Positions 38,540 through 52,100 of a stretch of 57,219 bases of DNA are shown here, in pieces. Origin of the DNA: Paraglomus brasilianum (Eukaryota); NCBI GenBank assembly GCA_910592345.1, contig CAJVPI010000087.1, forward strand, positions 1 to 57,219, written 5' to 3'. A model generated the notes under the pieces. That model worked only from the letters and a program-made list of their open reading frames with translations. It was not told the origin of the DNA and made no database searches. The stretch's first letter is position 1. Every line of letters begins with the position of its first letter. Position numbers and translations under genes: made by a program.

Positions 38540-39117
38540 CGATTACACAAGCTATGCAACTTAAACAAAGTCCTACTACTAAATTAGTAATAAGAACGAC
38601 AAGTATAGGATGAATATTTACATCAGTGTTTTTCAGAAACTTGATCAGAATTACTGAACCATACCAACGGTAATAAAGTAGAGATTGCTGTACAACAAGT
38701 AGCAAAATTGGGGTACCGAAAAAAGAAAGCGTTGTCGCTGTGCCGCAAAAAAGAATAATTTCAAAAAGGTGATTGCCACACTAGTAAAACTTTCTGTTGC
38801 ATATAAGAGTAAAGTGATAATATTAATATGAGGTAGTTCAAGATTGCAGAGACATATGTTGTTATTGGCACTTTTTTTTTGTGAATAGAGGCGGAAAAAT
38901 ATAAAACATGAACATACTCAAGGTTAGAAAGATTACTTTTCTGAACCTTCTAAATTGATGTCTTGGCACGAACGCAAGCTGAAAGAATTACAGTGACAAT
39001 TATATAGGAAATATAATTTTTTGCCTCGCAATTAAACATATCAGAAAGTGGTAATGTTGCTGACACGTTAGGGAACAAACAAGCCAGGAAGAATAGAGTT
39101 TTGAAGGTTTCCAACAT
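38540..39117 (-). pseudogene. Degenerate copy of the multi-TM family (paralog of 39789-40721)
   Basis: MLETFKTLFFLACLFPNVSATLPLSDMFNCEAKNYISYIIVTV and LVVLITNLVVGLCLSCIAC match the intact copy; frameshifts, stops and deletions. Confidence 0.85.
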
Positions 39118-39788
39118 TGCTCGTTTTAATATCACTTACAAACGTTTTCGAAGATCGATAGAGCAAAGAGATTGCATAATAATATAGTGAGACATCGTAC
39201 AACTGAGTTTCGGACCAAATAATTGGATTGTTTTAGCATCAATATCCATCAATATACCATATTACCGTTATGTGGCTTGGGTTCGCGCGTGTAACTATAA
39301 TTGCAAATTTACAACAAAGTCGCAGGGATCGGTTTCAAGAGATCGGTCATAATCTACGATCGTCATTGAGGTATTACGATGTGTCACATATCCGCGATCA
39401 TCACCTGCAAGCTCTACATAATTTAGACTAAAAAAAGTTTAAAATGAGAATTAATCCTTACTATTATAATAAATAGTGTCAAATAACACTTATTGCACGA
39501 GACAAAAAATGTATCAAAGAAGGTAAAGCAAGGAATATATCATTGCGAATATATTCTCAGAACGGAAAAGTTTGTAGGCGGATAGTTATTGCCCTGAAGT
39601 GTGTGGTTATTATTGAATTGCTTCAACGAGTACCCTATGGATGTTTGTGTACGAAACAGGATCCATTTTAACAGCATTCCTGCGTAGCAATAATAATGTA
39701 AGCCTTAATCGGGTAAATAATACATGTTTTATTCAATCGTGCTCGAAATGATATCTTTTATAGGACTATATATAATGTGCTTCCTATT

Positions 39789-40721
39789 TTATGACACATA
39801 ATTCCCAAGATCAAATTCTACTTCTGCCCCTTCAACTTCTCCGTTGACAATAAAAGTTTCAATAACAGAATAAATAGACATTAATACAAACCATAAATCC
39901 GTCCAGAAAAGTAAAAGTGAAACTGGATTAACTTGATTCTGCAACATATAAAAGAAAACATAGTAATCAATCCCGCCCAAAATAATACCAAAAATTTGTG
40001 TGAATATGGCTCCAACTGTCGGTATACAAGAAATACAACCCGAGCAAAATCCAACGGCTAAATTAGTAATTACAACTACAATTATGATATGAATACCAGT
40101 GTCTATCAGGGACTTGATTGCAATTACTAGACTGTAAATGGCTATCGACCATATCAATAACACAGACATTACTATACAACAAGCACCAACAGGTGGATAC
40201 ACAGGAAGAAAAAGCATTGCCATTGCGAAGGTAAAAATAAAAACTTCAAATAAAATTAAAAAGTTGATTGCAACACGAGTGAAACTTTCTGTTGCATATA
40301 AGAACAAAGGTGGGAAAATTAACATTATCAGAATGATCGAGATTGCATTAAACTTTGATGTTATTTTCTCATTCTTTGTGTACACGTAAATTAGTTGTGA
40401 TGTTATGACAGTTGCGAGGAATGAACCACAGAAAGCTATCATAACTATTGTGAGCTTGGTCAAGCCCTGTGTCATGTAAAAGAATAGAGGCGGAAAAATT
40501 AAGATTGTGAATATACCCAAGGTTATATGGGTTATTCCTCTGAATCTTTTAAACCGAGGTATTGGCATAAATGCAATGAAAAGCGTTACGGTCACAATTA
40601 TGTAGGGAATATATTTTTTTGTCTCAAAATCAAACATATCAGAAAGTGGTATTCTTGCTGATACGATAGGGAACAGACAATCCAGGACAAATAGAATTTT
40701 GAAGACTTTTTCCAACATCAT
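39789..40721 (-). CDS. Intronless multi-pass membrane protein with signal-peptide-like N-terminus (~310 aa), unknown family
   Basis: Open frame from the ATG at 40721 (MMLEKVFKILFVLDCLFPIVSA|RIPLSD); roughly 9-10 hydrophobic segments; two paralogs nearby. Confidence 0.75.
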   Translation of the reverse strand: MMLEKVFKILFVLDCLFPIVSARIPLSDMFDFETKKYIPYIIVTVTLFIAFMPIPRFKRFRGITHITLGIFTILIFPPLFFYMTQGLTKLTIVMIAFCGSFLATVITSQLIYVYTKNEKITSKFNAISIILIMLIFPPLFLYATESFTRVAINFLILFEVFIFTFAMAMLFLPVYPPVGACCIVMSVLLIWSIAIYSLVIAIKSLIDTGIHIIIVVVITNLAVGFCSGCISCIPTVGAIFTQIFGIILGGIDYYVFFYMLQNQVNPVSLLLFWTDLWFVLMSIYSVIETFIVNGEVEGAEVEFDLGNYVS

Positions 40722-42032
40722 ATAAGTTATGAAACCCCCCCCAAAGAAAGAGAATATTGATGATAGCAAAGAGATGCCGAATAAATATGTAATGGTGTAT
40801 ATCGTACAAAATGCATATAATTTATCTTGTAAGACCTTTGCTTGTGTTTTTGTTGACTCAGAGCGAGGGAATAATTTATACTATAACATTCTTAAACTGG
40901 TTGAAAGTTTGAGTTTCAGGCCACGTAATGATTGTTGAACTGCTTCCTAGCGTCAATGACTATTAAATTTATGCTATACATTACCGCTATATGCCTTAAT
41001 CGCAGGTTTTGGGCATGCCGATATGATATTTAGAGTTTAAGGGATCTACATGTACATGTACATCGCATTGTGTACAATGCTCAATACACAATGAACCGGA
41101 TACAACGAATTTGGCTTATAACGAAAACTTTTTTGCTGCACGGAAAATTGTAATACAAAGTTAATTATAAATCCCTCAATATTGGATATACCGAAGGGAA
41201 CATCTACACCATATTTAAAATTCCCTCGATAAACCGAAGTTTGTGCAACAAATCGTACAAAGGTATGAAGGCTATCATCGTTATATGCTTCTTGTACAAC
41301 CTTTATTATATACAAGTCAAATATTAAAGTCTTCGCTGAATTGCGGTTGTCAAGTGCTCAATTCACGAAACGGAAATGAGATCGTTTAATCTCATTCAGC
41401 AATTGCCGATGGATGAGTAGCAAACTATATAAATATTGACAAAGCTATTGACTTAAACGATAGTTGACACTATCAACAAAGTTGACGGTCAAGAAGACAA
41501 AAATGTTCAATCGGAACGGATTGTTACTAGTTCAGAGGCTTTAGTTGGAACTGGTAGCGTTTTGGCATACAGTATATTGCTCAGAAAAATCTTGGAGTAG
41601 AATTGTCTGTTGTTAGATTTTGACTAAATTGAGAAGAACAACAACGTCGCATCAACTTGCTTTTCTCTTATCTGGCGTTATAATCTTGTATCCCTGATAA
41701 TACAGAACTATTTAAGCTTAAACTATTCTTTTCGATTGCTGTTTAAATGACATATTGTCGTATGGTTGTAGTGCTTTCTGCTCATACGATTCTAATGCTA
41801 TTATTAATCGTACAAGCCAGTTGAATTTGTATTACTATTACGTTTTACATTTGTCACGTGAGACAGGTCTGGAGCTGTTGGCTTATCGAGAATTTTAAAT
41901 AGTGAAAAGAATGTAGAAAAGATTTGGCCGACTTAAGCCAAAACTGACTTATCGAGACTGTGTCAATCCTCCAGATTATAATGGGCATCACATAATTTGG
42001 TTGTATTATTACCATTTGCAGTAAAAAATTTA

Positions 42033-45000
42033 CATAGTCACTCTCGATAAGTCGGACTTATCAGGATTTTGTCCGACTTATCGAATTTTATTTAAATATA
42101 AGCAATAGCAATAGGCGAATATCAGTATTTTAACGACAACAAAAATATTATATGCGAATAAAAAATTTCCAACGTGAGCTGCTTTAGAGAAGCATTTTGC
42201 TTTCATTCCTGAGATTACTGATACGTTTACTTTTACTGTCAAGATTTTGTTGTAAATAGTTGAATATATTTTGAATGCTATCCAAAGCAGCTATATTTGA
42301 TATTGTATTGTGTATGGATTCTTCTTCCCCTTCCTTCTCCATCTTCTTCCTCTGATGCTTCCTGTACTGCAGCAATTCATCAATCATATTACCCTAGTGT
42401 CAATGTTAAAGTAATCGCTCGCTACAATATCGTCAACGTTCATTTGATGCATAAGTGATTGGACTTCATTTTCTTCAATTTCTAATTCACTTTCTAATTC
42501 ACTTTCTCCTTCATGCGTTTCTTCGTCAGGCAAAATGCCTGTTCTTTGCCAACAACGATGTATTATACCATCAGTGACGTTATCCCACGCGTGTGCAGTC
42601 CAGAAGAAAGTTCTGAGCAACTCCTAGTGAGTGCTACTACCCAGCAAAAACCACATTATAAAAATCGTCCTAAAGGGATAAATAAATAAATAGACTATAT
42701 TAATATTACAAGTTTATGTAAATTCCCTAAAGGGAATTCCAAAAATTTCTAATCCCACTGCAATGAGGCGCTCACACAGTAAAAGGCGAAAGGTTTATTC
42801 GTTCTGCAAGCACCTCGTGGGTAAGGTGGTATATGAACTTATTATGCCCTGATCAATCGGCTGAAAGGGAGAAGTTGTATTTGGTGGAAGAAATACAACT
42901 TAATGTTACTTAATTCTTCTATTTCACTTTCAGCTAATTGATGTGATGAAGCATTGTCTATTATAATAAGATGTTTCTTCGCCTTTTCCGCATTTCTCTG
43001 TTAAATTGTTTGATCCATGCTTTAAAAATAGAGCGTTGCATCCATGCGTTGTTCCAGTAATATTTACTGCACAGGAAATGCTCGTTTATCAGTACAGTGA
43101 ATACAGCGTGGATTTTTATAAAAAGCTGGGGTAGTTTGTGAGTTCCAGTCGCATTACATGTAAGAATTATAGTGGTTTTGTCTTTTGGTTTTTTAGTCCA
43201 CTAATAGGTCTGCTGGCAAGTGATTTATGGGGTTCTAACTTTAGTAGAGACCAGTCTCGTCTGCATTATACACGTCTTTTAAATCATACTGCGAAATTAC
43301 AGATTGGAGCTCAGTTCTGTATCCAGGTAATTCATTAATCGGCGCACTCGCTGCTTCTCCCAATTTATAATATTCTTTAGTTTTTTGAAGCTTGCCCATC
43401 CAGCCCTGTTTAAAAACAAATAGACATGTTTAATGGTAGTTGTGTATAATTAGCCAAATTGATTTACCCGTTGGTTTAACAATGATACGAAAGAAAATTG
43501 ATATTTTCTTGCGAGGATTTGAAATCAGGAATATTTAACCTTTCGGCGAATTGTATTGCCTTTTGACTTGAAATTGTACCAGTTACTGTATGATCGCAAG
43601 ATTTACCTAATACTTCTTCCAACTGTGGCCATTCGCAACCACGATTGCATTTTTTATTGGCATCCGTTGAACTTTCGGTAACTGCAAGCCACTTCTCTAA
43701 TAATATCTCCCCACCGTTGATTTGCCAACACCGAATTTTTTACCAACCTCCTCATACGTTTTAGTTGGATTGTTTACAAGTGTAATTAATTTCCTTTTTT
43801 ACTTTCAAGTCTAGACGTCTTTCCATGTTCATTTTACAAATGTAAATGGATTTCAGAAGGTTCGGCAGTCAACGTTTTATGAGCTATATATTTAGTCCAT
43901 GAAAGCGCTGCTCTTCTGAATCATTAATGATGTAATAATTACGTATATTATAATAACTGGTATACTCGTAACATAATACGTTGTTTATGATAGCCACGAG
44001 GATTTTTTTTCTAAACAAACAAATGAGGTAATAATTGCGTGTATGGCGTGCAATATCATATTTGCTACGATGAAATTATTCTTAACAAAATCATTGGATA
44101 ATTAATTGTATTGTATTCAATAAAACGGTAAAGATTATCGCTCAACAATCACGTGGTCCGACTTATCGAGAGTCATTTGTTATTTATCGGTAGCACGGCA
44201 GTCATTAATATACATGTGAATCCCAAATGGATTGACAATAGTGTTGCTTATTTTCGGATAGTTTAATAAAACGAAAGAAATTATCGCGCAACCACCAAAT
44301 CATGTGATTTTGTCGATAAAATTTCAGATTCATCATTCGTGATTTATCACGTAATACGCGAAACAGGCTTTAAATCTATTCCAGGTTTTTTTTGATTCAA
44401 AGAACACCTATTCCGGTTGGTCCATAAACTTTGTGTCCTGAAAAAATCAGAGCGTCAATGTTTCATTCTTTAACATTAATCGGTAAATGCGCGATACTTT
44501 GACAAGCATCAACTATTATTAAACAATTGGGATTTATTTTTTTAATTTTTTTGGCAATTTCCTTAACGGAATTAATTACTCCCAAACTATTGCTCAGGTG
44601 AAAAAAACTAACTATTTTAGTCTTTTGATCAATGCAATTATCTAGTTTATTAATATCAATAATGAAATCTTTATTTAAGGTTAAAAAATTTACTTTGACT
44701 TCTTTTTCTTGGGCAATGGACTGCCAAGGATAACAATTAGAACTGTGTTCGAGATGGGTCAGACCTTCTATACAAATGACAACCGGAGAAGAGGTGTTAA
44801 AACAAAGGAGAAAAGTAAGCGGGTCGGCTCTGGTAGAAAGCCTTATTTCCAGAAGCGAGAAAAAGCTTTATACCTGGATTTATACAACAAAGATAACAAT
44901 AAACGTGTAATATTTCAAACGACTGATATCAGTGACGACGGCGATGTTAATGATGATGACGACGATGTACCATTGAGTTGAGGATGATATTGTTGAGGGT

Positions 45001-45280
45001 TAATCTTTTCCGACAATTTTATACTAATAACTTGTTAATTTCATTTTTTTTAACAATAAAATAAACAATTGGATGTAAATACATTTATAGCTAAATTATT
45101 TATTTATATTTTAAAAAGGTTTTTTAACTATATAAAACAGGTGTTGCTTATTTTTGGGTGTTGCTTATTTTCGAAAGAATACGTTATGTGTCCGACTTGT
45201 CGAATTTTTTTAAAAAGGGGTGCGAAAAAAATTGTCCAAATCGGACTTATCGAGGGTCCGACTTATCGAGTGTGACTATG
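42033..45280 (-). mobile_element. pogo/Tigger-type DNA transposon, 3248 bp, with degenerate transposase
   Basis: 25-bp TIRs catagtcactctcgataagtcggac / gtccgacttatcgagtgtgactatg with TA on both flanks. Minus-strand fragments at ~43830-42184: WPQLEE (CENP-B HTH), GEAASAP, VYNADETGL, NAWMQRSIF, LLIIDNASSH, PIDQGII, AWDNVTDGIIHRCWQRTGILP. Confidence 0.92.
44700..45183 (+). mobile_element. Nested fragment of a second pogo-like element
   Basis: KSKRVGSGRKPYFQKREKALY (resembles the start of HTH_Tnp_Tc5), an acidic tail, and a TIR-like end tgttgcttattttcgaaagaatacg with a repeated tgttgcttattt motif. Confidence 0.5.
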
Positions 45281-45306
45281 TATTTACTCTAATGAATGCC
45301 TATGAG

Positions 45307-46035
45307 CTAGTGAGGGCTGCCAGAAGTTAATACAAACCATAAATCCGTCCAGAAAAGTAAATGTGAAACTGGATTAACTTGAATTTGCGACATATAAAAC
45401 AAAATATAAATAGGGGTTAACATGTCTCCAACTGTCGGTATTTTAGCCATACATTTTAAACAAAATCCAACGGCTAAATTTGTAACAATAACTCCAACTA
45501 GAATGGATAACAATAAAAAAGACATTACTGCACAATTCTCAGCAAGCATCGCCATTGCAATGATAAAAATAAAAACTTCAAATAAAATTAAAAAGTTGGT
45601 TGCCACACGAGTGAAGCTTTCTGTGGCATATAAGAATAAAGGTGGGAAAATTGACAATATCGGAAATATCCAGACTGCGCAGAAAATTGAAGTTGTTTTC
45701 GTATTCTTTGTGCACATGTAAACCAGCTGCGTTGTTATGCCAATTGTGAGTAATGAACCACAGAAGGCTATCGTCACTATTGTGAGCTTGGTTAAGCCTT
45801 GTGTCATGTAAAAGCGTAGAGGCGGGAAAATCAAGATTGTGAATATACCCAAGGTTGAAAAAATTATTTTTCTTAACCTTCTAAATTGAGGTATTGGAAT
45901 TGAAAGAATGACAGAGACAATTATGTAGGGCATATATTTTTTTGTCTCGAAATTAAACACATCAGAAAGTGGTGTTGCTGATACGATAGGGAACAGATAA
46001 GCCATGACAAATAGAGATTTGAAGACTTTTTCCAA
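45307..46035 (-). pseudogene. Third copy of the multi-TM family; open frame but start ATG lost, with internal deletions and a truncated C-terminus
   Basis: High identity to 39789-40721 (FPPL.FYMTQGLTKLTI, FPPLFLYATESFTRVA, QVNPVS.LLFWTDLWFVL); the homologous ATG reads ATT. Confidence 0.65.
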
Positions 46036-46319
46036 AATTGTTCCCTTTTTCGAAACTCATCCAAGAAAGAGAATGTTGGTGATAGCAAAGAGATTCCGTA
46101 ATAAATATATAATGGGCGTACAAATGCATATAATTTATCTTGTATGACCTTTGCTTAAATACAAGTCGCGAAATGATTCTGCTTAACGGGCGGAGTGTGT
46201 CGTCTCACAACGAGGAAACAAATGGCGTGAATTGTTGATCTGAAATATTACAGGAAAACCTTTATAGACGACAGTCGCCAATGTGATGAATCAGTTGGAT
46301 GAGGAACATGCGACATAAT

Positions 46320-46395
46320 CTTTACCTCGGTCGCACAACCGACACCCATATGAGAGGTCATCTGAGTGTCCAATGAAGGGATAACATTTGAGCCT
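46320..46395 (-). repeat. Partial second copy of the 18092-18245 MITE
   Basis: gtcgcacaacc plus catctgagtgtccaatgaagggataacatttgagc, which approximates the reverse complement of the MITE interior at 18136-18170. Confidence 0.75.
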
Positions 46396-49174
46396 AGCCG
46401 GAGAATTGTACAATTAATCAATGCCAAACATTGGTGTTGGTAACTAAGAACAAGAATTCCAGGAGATATAAATTTTTGGTAGGAGAGAGACTATATACGT
46501 CGGGTACATACAAATATGTTAGCAAACTGTCTGTTTGCTAAGAAATACTAGATATGACAGTCTCACTGACCAAAGTGGTGTATTATTTATAGTAAAGTCG
46601 TGGGTTTCAGTCAGACTGTTCTCATGTAAGAAAATGAACAACATATGTAGCCGTTCAACCAGCAATAAATGTAATATTCCATTCTAAACACGTATGTATG
46701 TGTCTGCAGATAGGGACTGCGCATAATCGTAACAATGTCACACTGAGCTTATTTCGATTTAGGTTTGATATTTCGAATTCCAAGTAGAAGAGAAGAAGCA
46801 AGTATTTCTGACGAGACAAGCGCTTGTAGTTTAGAGCTACTAAATTGATTTTAATTGCAATTTAATAATTCATCGTTCAAGAAAGCTAAACACTTTAAAG
46901 ATTACATGAAAAGCTAAGCTACGCTGGATTTTGCAAAAACTCGCATCGGATACTCTCTTCCAGGGAGTGTATATGCACAATTAAGTTAGTGCTTGCCGAT
47001 AGAATTTATCGGCAATGAAACTACGTGTAAACCTCGGATGCATTGGCCACATGTAAATATATGATCGATGTGATCCACTTTCACGTGTTGTCACACGTGA
47101 TGTATTTTTATTATTATTATAGAATTTGCTTCACAACAACGACAGACATACCGAGACTCGATAAATATCTGGACACAGAGTGAGTAAATGCTATAGTAGA
47201 CATTGGTATGAATCTTTATAGTAATCATAATAATGGTTGCAGTTTTATCCAGATACATCAATGGCAAAAAAAGCGAGAGCAAGGTAAAGATGAAGAACCA
47301 TGATGACTAGATGATATACGATAGGACACTGACAGACACACGACCCGAACTATAGAGTCCAATGCAATATTAAAATATATTTCTCATGCCTCAACCAGAG
47401 TTATATTCGTCAGACTGGTATCAACAGCAAAAACTGGGTTTTTCTACACCAAACGACGACCGCGAACAGCCGCGAAGTTATCATTTGTCAAATACGATCC
47501 AAAAGGTTGGCATTTATATAGAAGTAATAGTGTATGATTGATGGTATGAATTACTCTGACGTTTATCATATTAGTGTTTACTTACGCATTTCATTATACA
47601 CATTAAATCTATTATACGTAGTGCAAAAGCATGTACTCTTCACCGAACAGAAGAAATAACGGGAGAGCTTCGTCATCAAGATGTGTCATTCGACGTAAGA
47701 AATGGTCTGATAGATTGGATTACGAACAATAACTCCTTCCCGGTGCTAAGAACTTTCTTCACATACGTATTCAATAAGTTGACACCCACTCATCTCGCGA
47801 TCACTTTAATTGACTTGAACATGCTCTTCCCTGCCGTTTCTATGTTGGCCATCACCGTTTAGTCAATTTTGTTGTAATTATAACCATTGTCTATTCATAA
47901 ACGTTACTTAATGCTGCTCCTTTTCTAAATTTTGCTTCTGAAGCAGTTTCATTCGGCGAATGTAGCTAGTAAAATAATATTTGTAAGGATAAGGAATAAC
48001 GTTACGTAAAATCAGTAAAACAAGTACTGTGTTTCCCAATTGAAAATAAGAATAAACGATGACTCACTCCTCATATTGACACTTTTCAAAAGCATGTCTC
48101 TCGTCTACGCATTTCCATGGCAAATAATTATTTTTAACTCGACATTTATTCAACGGTATCAGCAGATGTGCACAGTAATCTCGCCACGCAACGGGAATGT
48201 GATTATCGGCTAATTCCTTTTGAGATACTTTCATCTCTTTTTATATTGAAGAGGGAGTAAGTGAGAAAGACGGGAATCAGAAAGCAAATAGTATCGAGGA
48301 AAAAGAAAAGCCGAAAATTGGGGTTGTATGTATGAACATGAACATGCACGAGACCAAGGGTGAAATTAGGTGAGCATAATACCGTTTTGATCGTATAATC
48401 AAGAGCCAGGTAAGTTAATATCATACTGACCAGGTGTAGCAAGATTAGTAATGTCTCCGCTCGTCATTTCCAACGTCTAACGAATGTGTGATGGCTTATC
48501 GGACGACTTGCAAGCTTAGTGTCATACAAAATCTGTTGTTTCCAATGTGACATGTGATGCACATGCTGACGTAGTCACAATCAAATTCATAGTATAGTCG
48601 GCAAACTTACAGTAAGAATGTGAACAAAGCGCTAAATTTCATAGTTTCAGTAATTTACGATTATTTGTAACAATATTTGATGGTCAAGAGACTATCTACT
48701 CGTTTGTTTGTTTTTTTGGATGGATTGACAAAACAATAATAATATAGACATCTCTTGTAATCAATAGTAGAGCGATTGTTCAAGCCTACGAGCATTTCGA
48801 TTATGACTTTAGAAAATGGGATGTTTCGCTAACATATACAGCTGGTTGTACTGATCTTCAATATTACTATTTAAGACGTTGCATTTGCAAAACTAATTAA
48901 TTGTCATTGATCCTAATACTACTAGTTTTGCAGAGTATAGAGAACTTAAGCAAAATAGACAATGCAGTAGGTTTTGCATAGTCGTATTGTGGCCAACAAG
49001 GGCCTTTTATTTATTGCCTTACCTGAGCTTAAGTGACGATATTGGGAATCGACCGAAAATGGTAGATTGTTATTAATGTATTGTAATTGTTACACAAATT
49101 CAAGAATTTTCTGACACGACGCGTGCGTGCTATCCGTTATTAACCGTTTCAACCTACACCATCGCACCAAGATA

Positions 49175-52100
49175 ATGATAGCGACAACGCCCACAAGAAT
49201 ACCTGCGCCGGTGAGTGCCTCCGTTTCGAAGAGGAGAATGCTAATAAGGACTCCCAAGAGAGGCTTGGGTACGGGCACTATGACACCACGGACCCCCAGA
49301 ACACCAAGATTTGTCGAAGAGGAGATTAAACCGAGGCTGGTAATCGAAAAGTTGACGTTGACGAATTTCAAAAGCTTTTATGGCACTATAACTATTGGAC
49401 CTTTGCATAAAGTAAGAAGAAATTGTATAGTTTATCCACCATAATTTACGGGAAGGAACGACTGGCTCTGGGAACGCGATAAATAGAGTTGAGAAATAAT
49501 TAATTATCTTATCATTGTATAATTAGTCATTCTCAGCTGTAGTAGGTCCAAATGGCTCGGGAAAGTCTAACGTGGTTGACTCGCTGCTATTTGTATTTGG
49601 ATATCGCGCTTCCAAAATGCGACAAGCAAAAGTGTCCGATCTAATCCACTCTTCGCACGGACACGAAGAACTGGACAGTTGTTCGGTAGAAGTGCACTTT
49701 CGGGAGATACTCGATCAGGCAAGTACAGTAATGGGAAAAGACCCCGCCCCAAGAAATATTTGGATTCAAATTATATCTCGCTGTTCGTCTTTAGCCTTTC
49801 AATTGACATTCCTCAATCTCGCAGCCAAATTCAGATGACTTTGAACCAATTCCAAACTCGGAATTAATTATCTCGCGACATGCATTTAAAAACAACACAA
49901 GTAAATATTACATCAATGGTCGTTTAAGCAATCACACTGAACTAACTGCTCTGCTGAGGGAACGAGGAATTGACTTGGATCATAAGAGATTTCTTATACT
50001 GCAGGTACGCATGTCAGTAAATACTATACAAGCTTTGCAATGTTTTCTCGAGCATCGGTTTGTTAACAAGTTGCCAATCTGATGACTGACGCGCTGGCGT
50101 ACTCGTAGGGTGAAGTCGAGTCTATATCACTTATGAAGCCAAAAGCAGCCAATGAACATGAAGATGGATTGTTAGAATATTTAGAGGATATTATCGGAAC
50201 TTCAAAGTACAAAACGCCTATAGAAGAAGCTCTTCAGGATATCGAAGGCTTGACAGTAGAACGCGCCGAGAAACTGAATCGATTAAAGCTAGTAGAAAAG
50301 GAAAAAGACGCGTTAGAGGTAGCTGAACCTTCCTTGTTAACCGAGCATCAAAATCAATCGTAAACACAGAAACGTAGGCGTATTAAATTGTAATTCAGTT
50401 ATTGTTCTTTTTATGTAACCGTCTTTCTTCTCACTTAGGAACAAAAAAAAGAAGCCGAGAATTACCTTCGCGAAGAGAACTCACTAATAATGAAGCAATC
50501 TGTATTTTACCAACGAGAAGTTTTGGAATGCAAGAATCGCGTCGAGATTGCCACAGCTGCAGTCGTAAGCATTTTCTCCTAATATTATCGCCCGATCAGA
50601 GCATTTGTGCGGAACGTGCCTCACGCAATGATATTCTCTTGTAGACTGAACTGAAAAGTCAACTAACCGCAGAACAAGAAAAATATGCCCACATTAAGGA
50701 TGATACTAAAGAAATAGAAGAAAAGCATAACCGCACCGCTAGAGAGTACGAGGTAAGAGTCAGCTCAAGCGGGGTGATAATAATTGAATGAAAGTACTAA
50801 GTTACAAAATTGTCAGAAACTGGAAAATAAAGTAAACGAAGTTTCGACCGAACTGGCAAGATGCGAGACCGAAGATATTCAATTACAAGAAAGAAAGCGC
50901 GATACTAACTCTCGAATAAAGAAGATTACTAAAACTCTGCAGAACGTAAGAGAATGTATAGCCGTACGAATATTATAAAACTGCTAATTAATTCGCTAAT
51001 GACCCTGCAGGATCGTAAAACTTTGGAGACAAAGCAAAGCTCGATACACGATTACGAAAAAGACCTCATACAACAGAAGAAAGAGATCTCTCGACTTGAA
51101 AAGTCGCTTAAAGCTGAAGAAACTGAACTAGAAAAAGTTACAGAAAGTTTGAAAGGTATCCGTTATATCACGTGAAAATTGAATCAACACCAAACTAATC
51201 TGGGCAATCTGTTTTTCTTGCAAAGGCAAAACGGAAGTTTATTCTTCGCAGATAGAACAGCAACAAAAAAATCTTGCCCCGTGGGTTGAACAAATCAACA
51301 GCATACAATCTCAGATAGATGTCGCTCAATCCGAATATGATATTATCAAGAACAAGCATGTATCCATGAAATCTGCTCTCGAACAAGCCGAGCAAAATGT
51401 TGTTGAGCTTGAAGAATCCCGAAAGACAAAGGTACTAATGAGGGTGTAATATTTATCAGTTTATGTTCGAACGCGAATAATTTATATCCCTAATAGGAAA
51501 AAGATATAAGGGCACTAAGGACCGAGCGAGAGCAAATTAGAAAAACCATCCAAGTATTAGAATCAAAAATACGGGTATTATTTTATTTTATTTTATTTTA
51601 TTTTATGTGCCATAGTTTACACTTCGTTATCATTGACCCACCCAAACTCACTACTTGATTTATGCAGGAAAACGCGATATTATACACAAAAACAAAATCA
51701 GCTCTCGCTGAAGCTAGACAAAAAGCTAGTGAAGCCAAAGCTACATTCCAATCATCCCAATCACGCGGCACAGTTCTGACAAGTTTACTGAATCTACGCA
51801 ACAGCGGGCGCATACGAGGCCTTCATGTATGTTACAAGTTTCTCTATTATACGAAAGGTCTGTTGTTTCGTTCTCACCATGTATATGTATACTTAAGGAT
51901 CGACTAGGCAACCTCGGCGTAATTGATGATAAATACGATGTAGCAATAAGCACGGCGTGCTCATCGCTTGAATACATAGTAGTTGACACTGTCGAATGTG
52001 GCCAATCTTGTATCGAATATCTTAGACGTCAGAATCTCGGTCGCGCTCGTTTCTATATCCTTGAGAAAATTCCATCACAAGATATGTCCCGTATTCAAAC

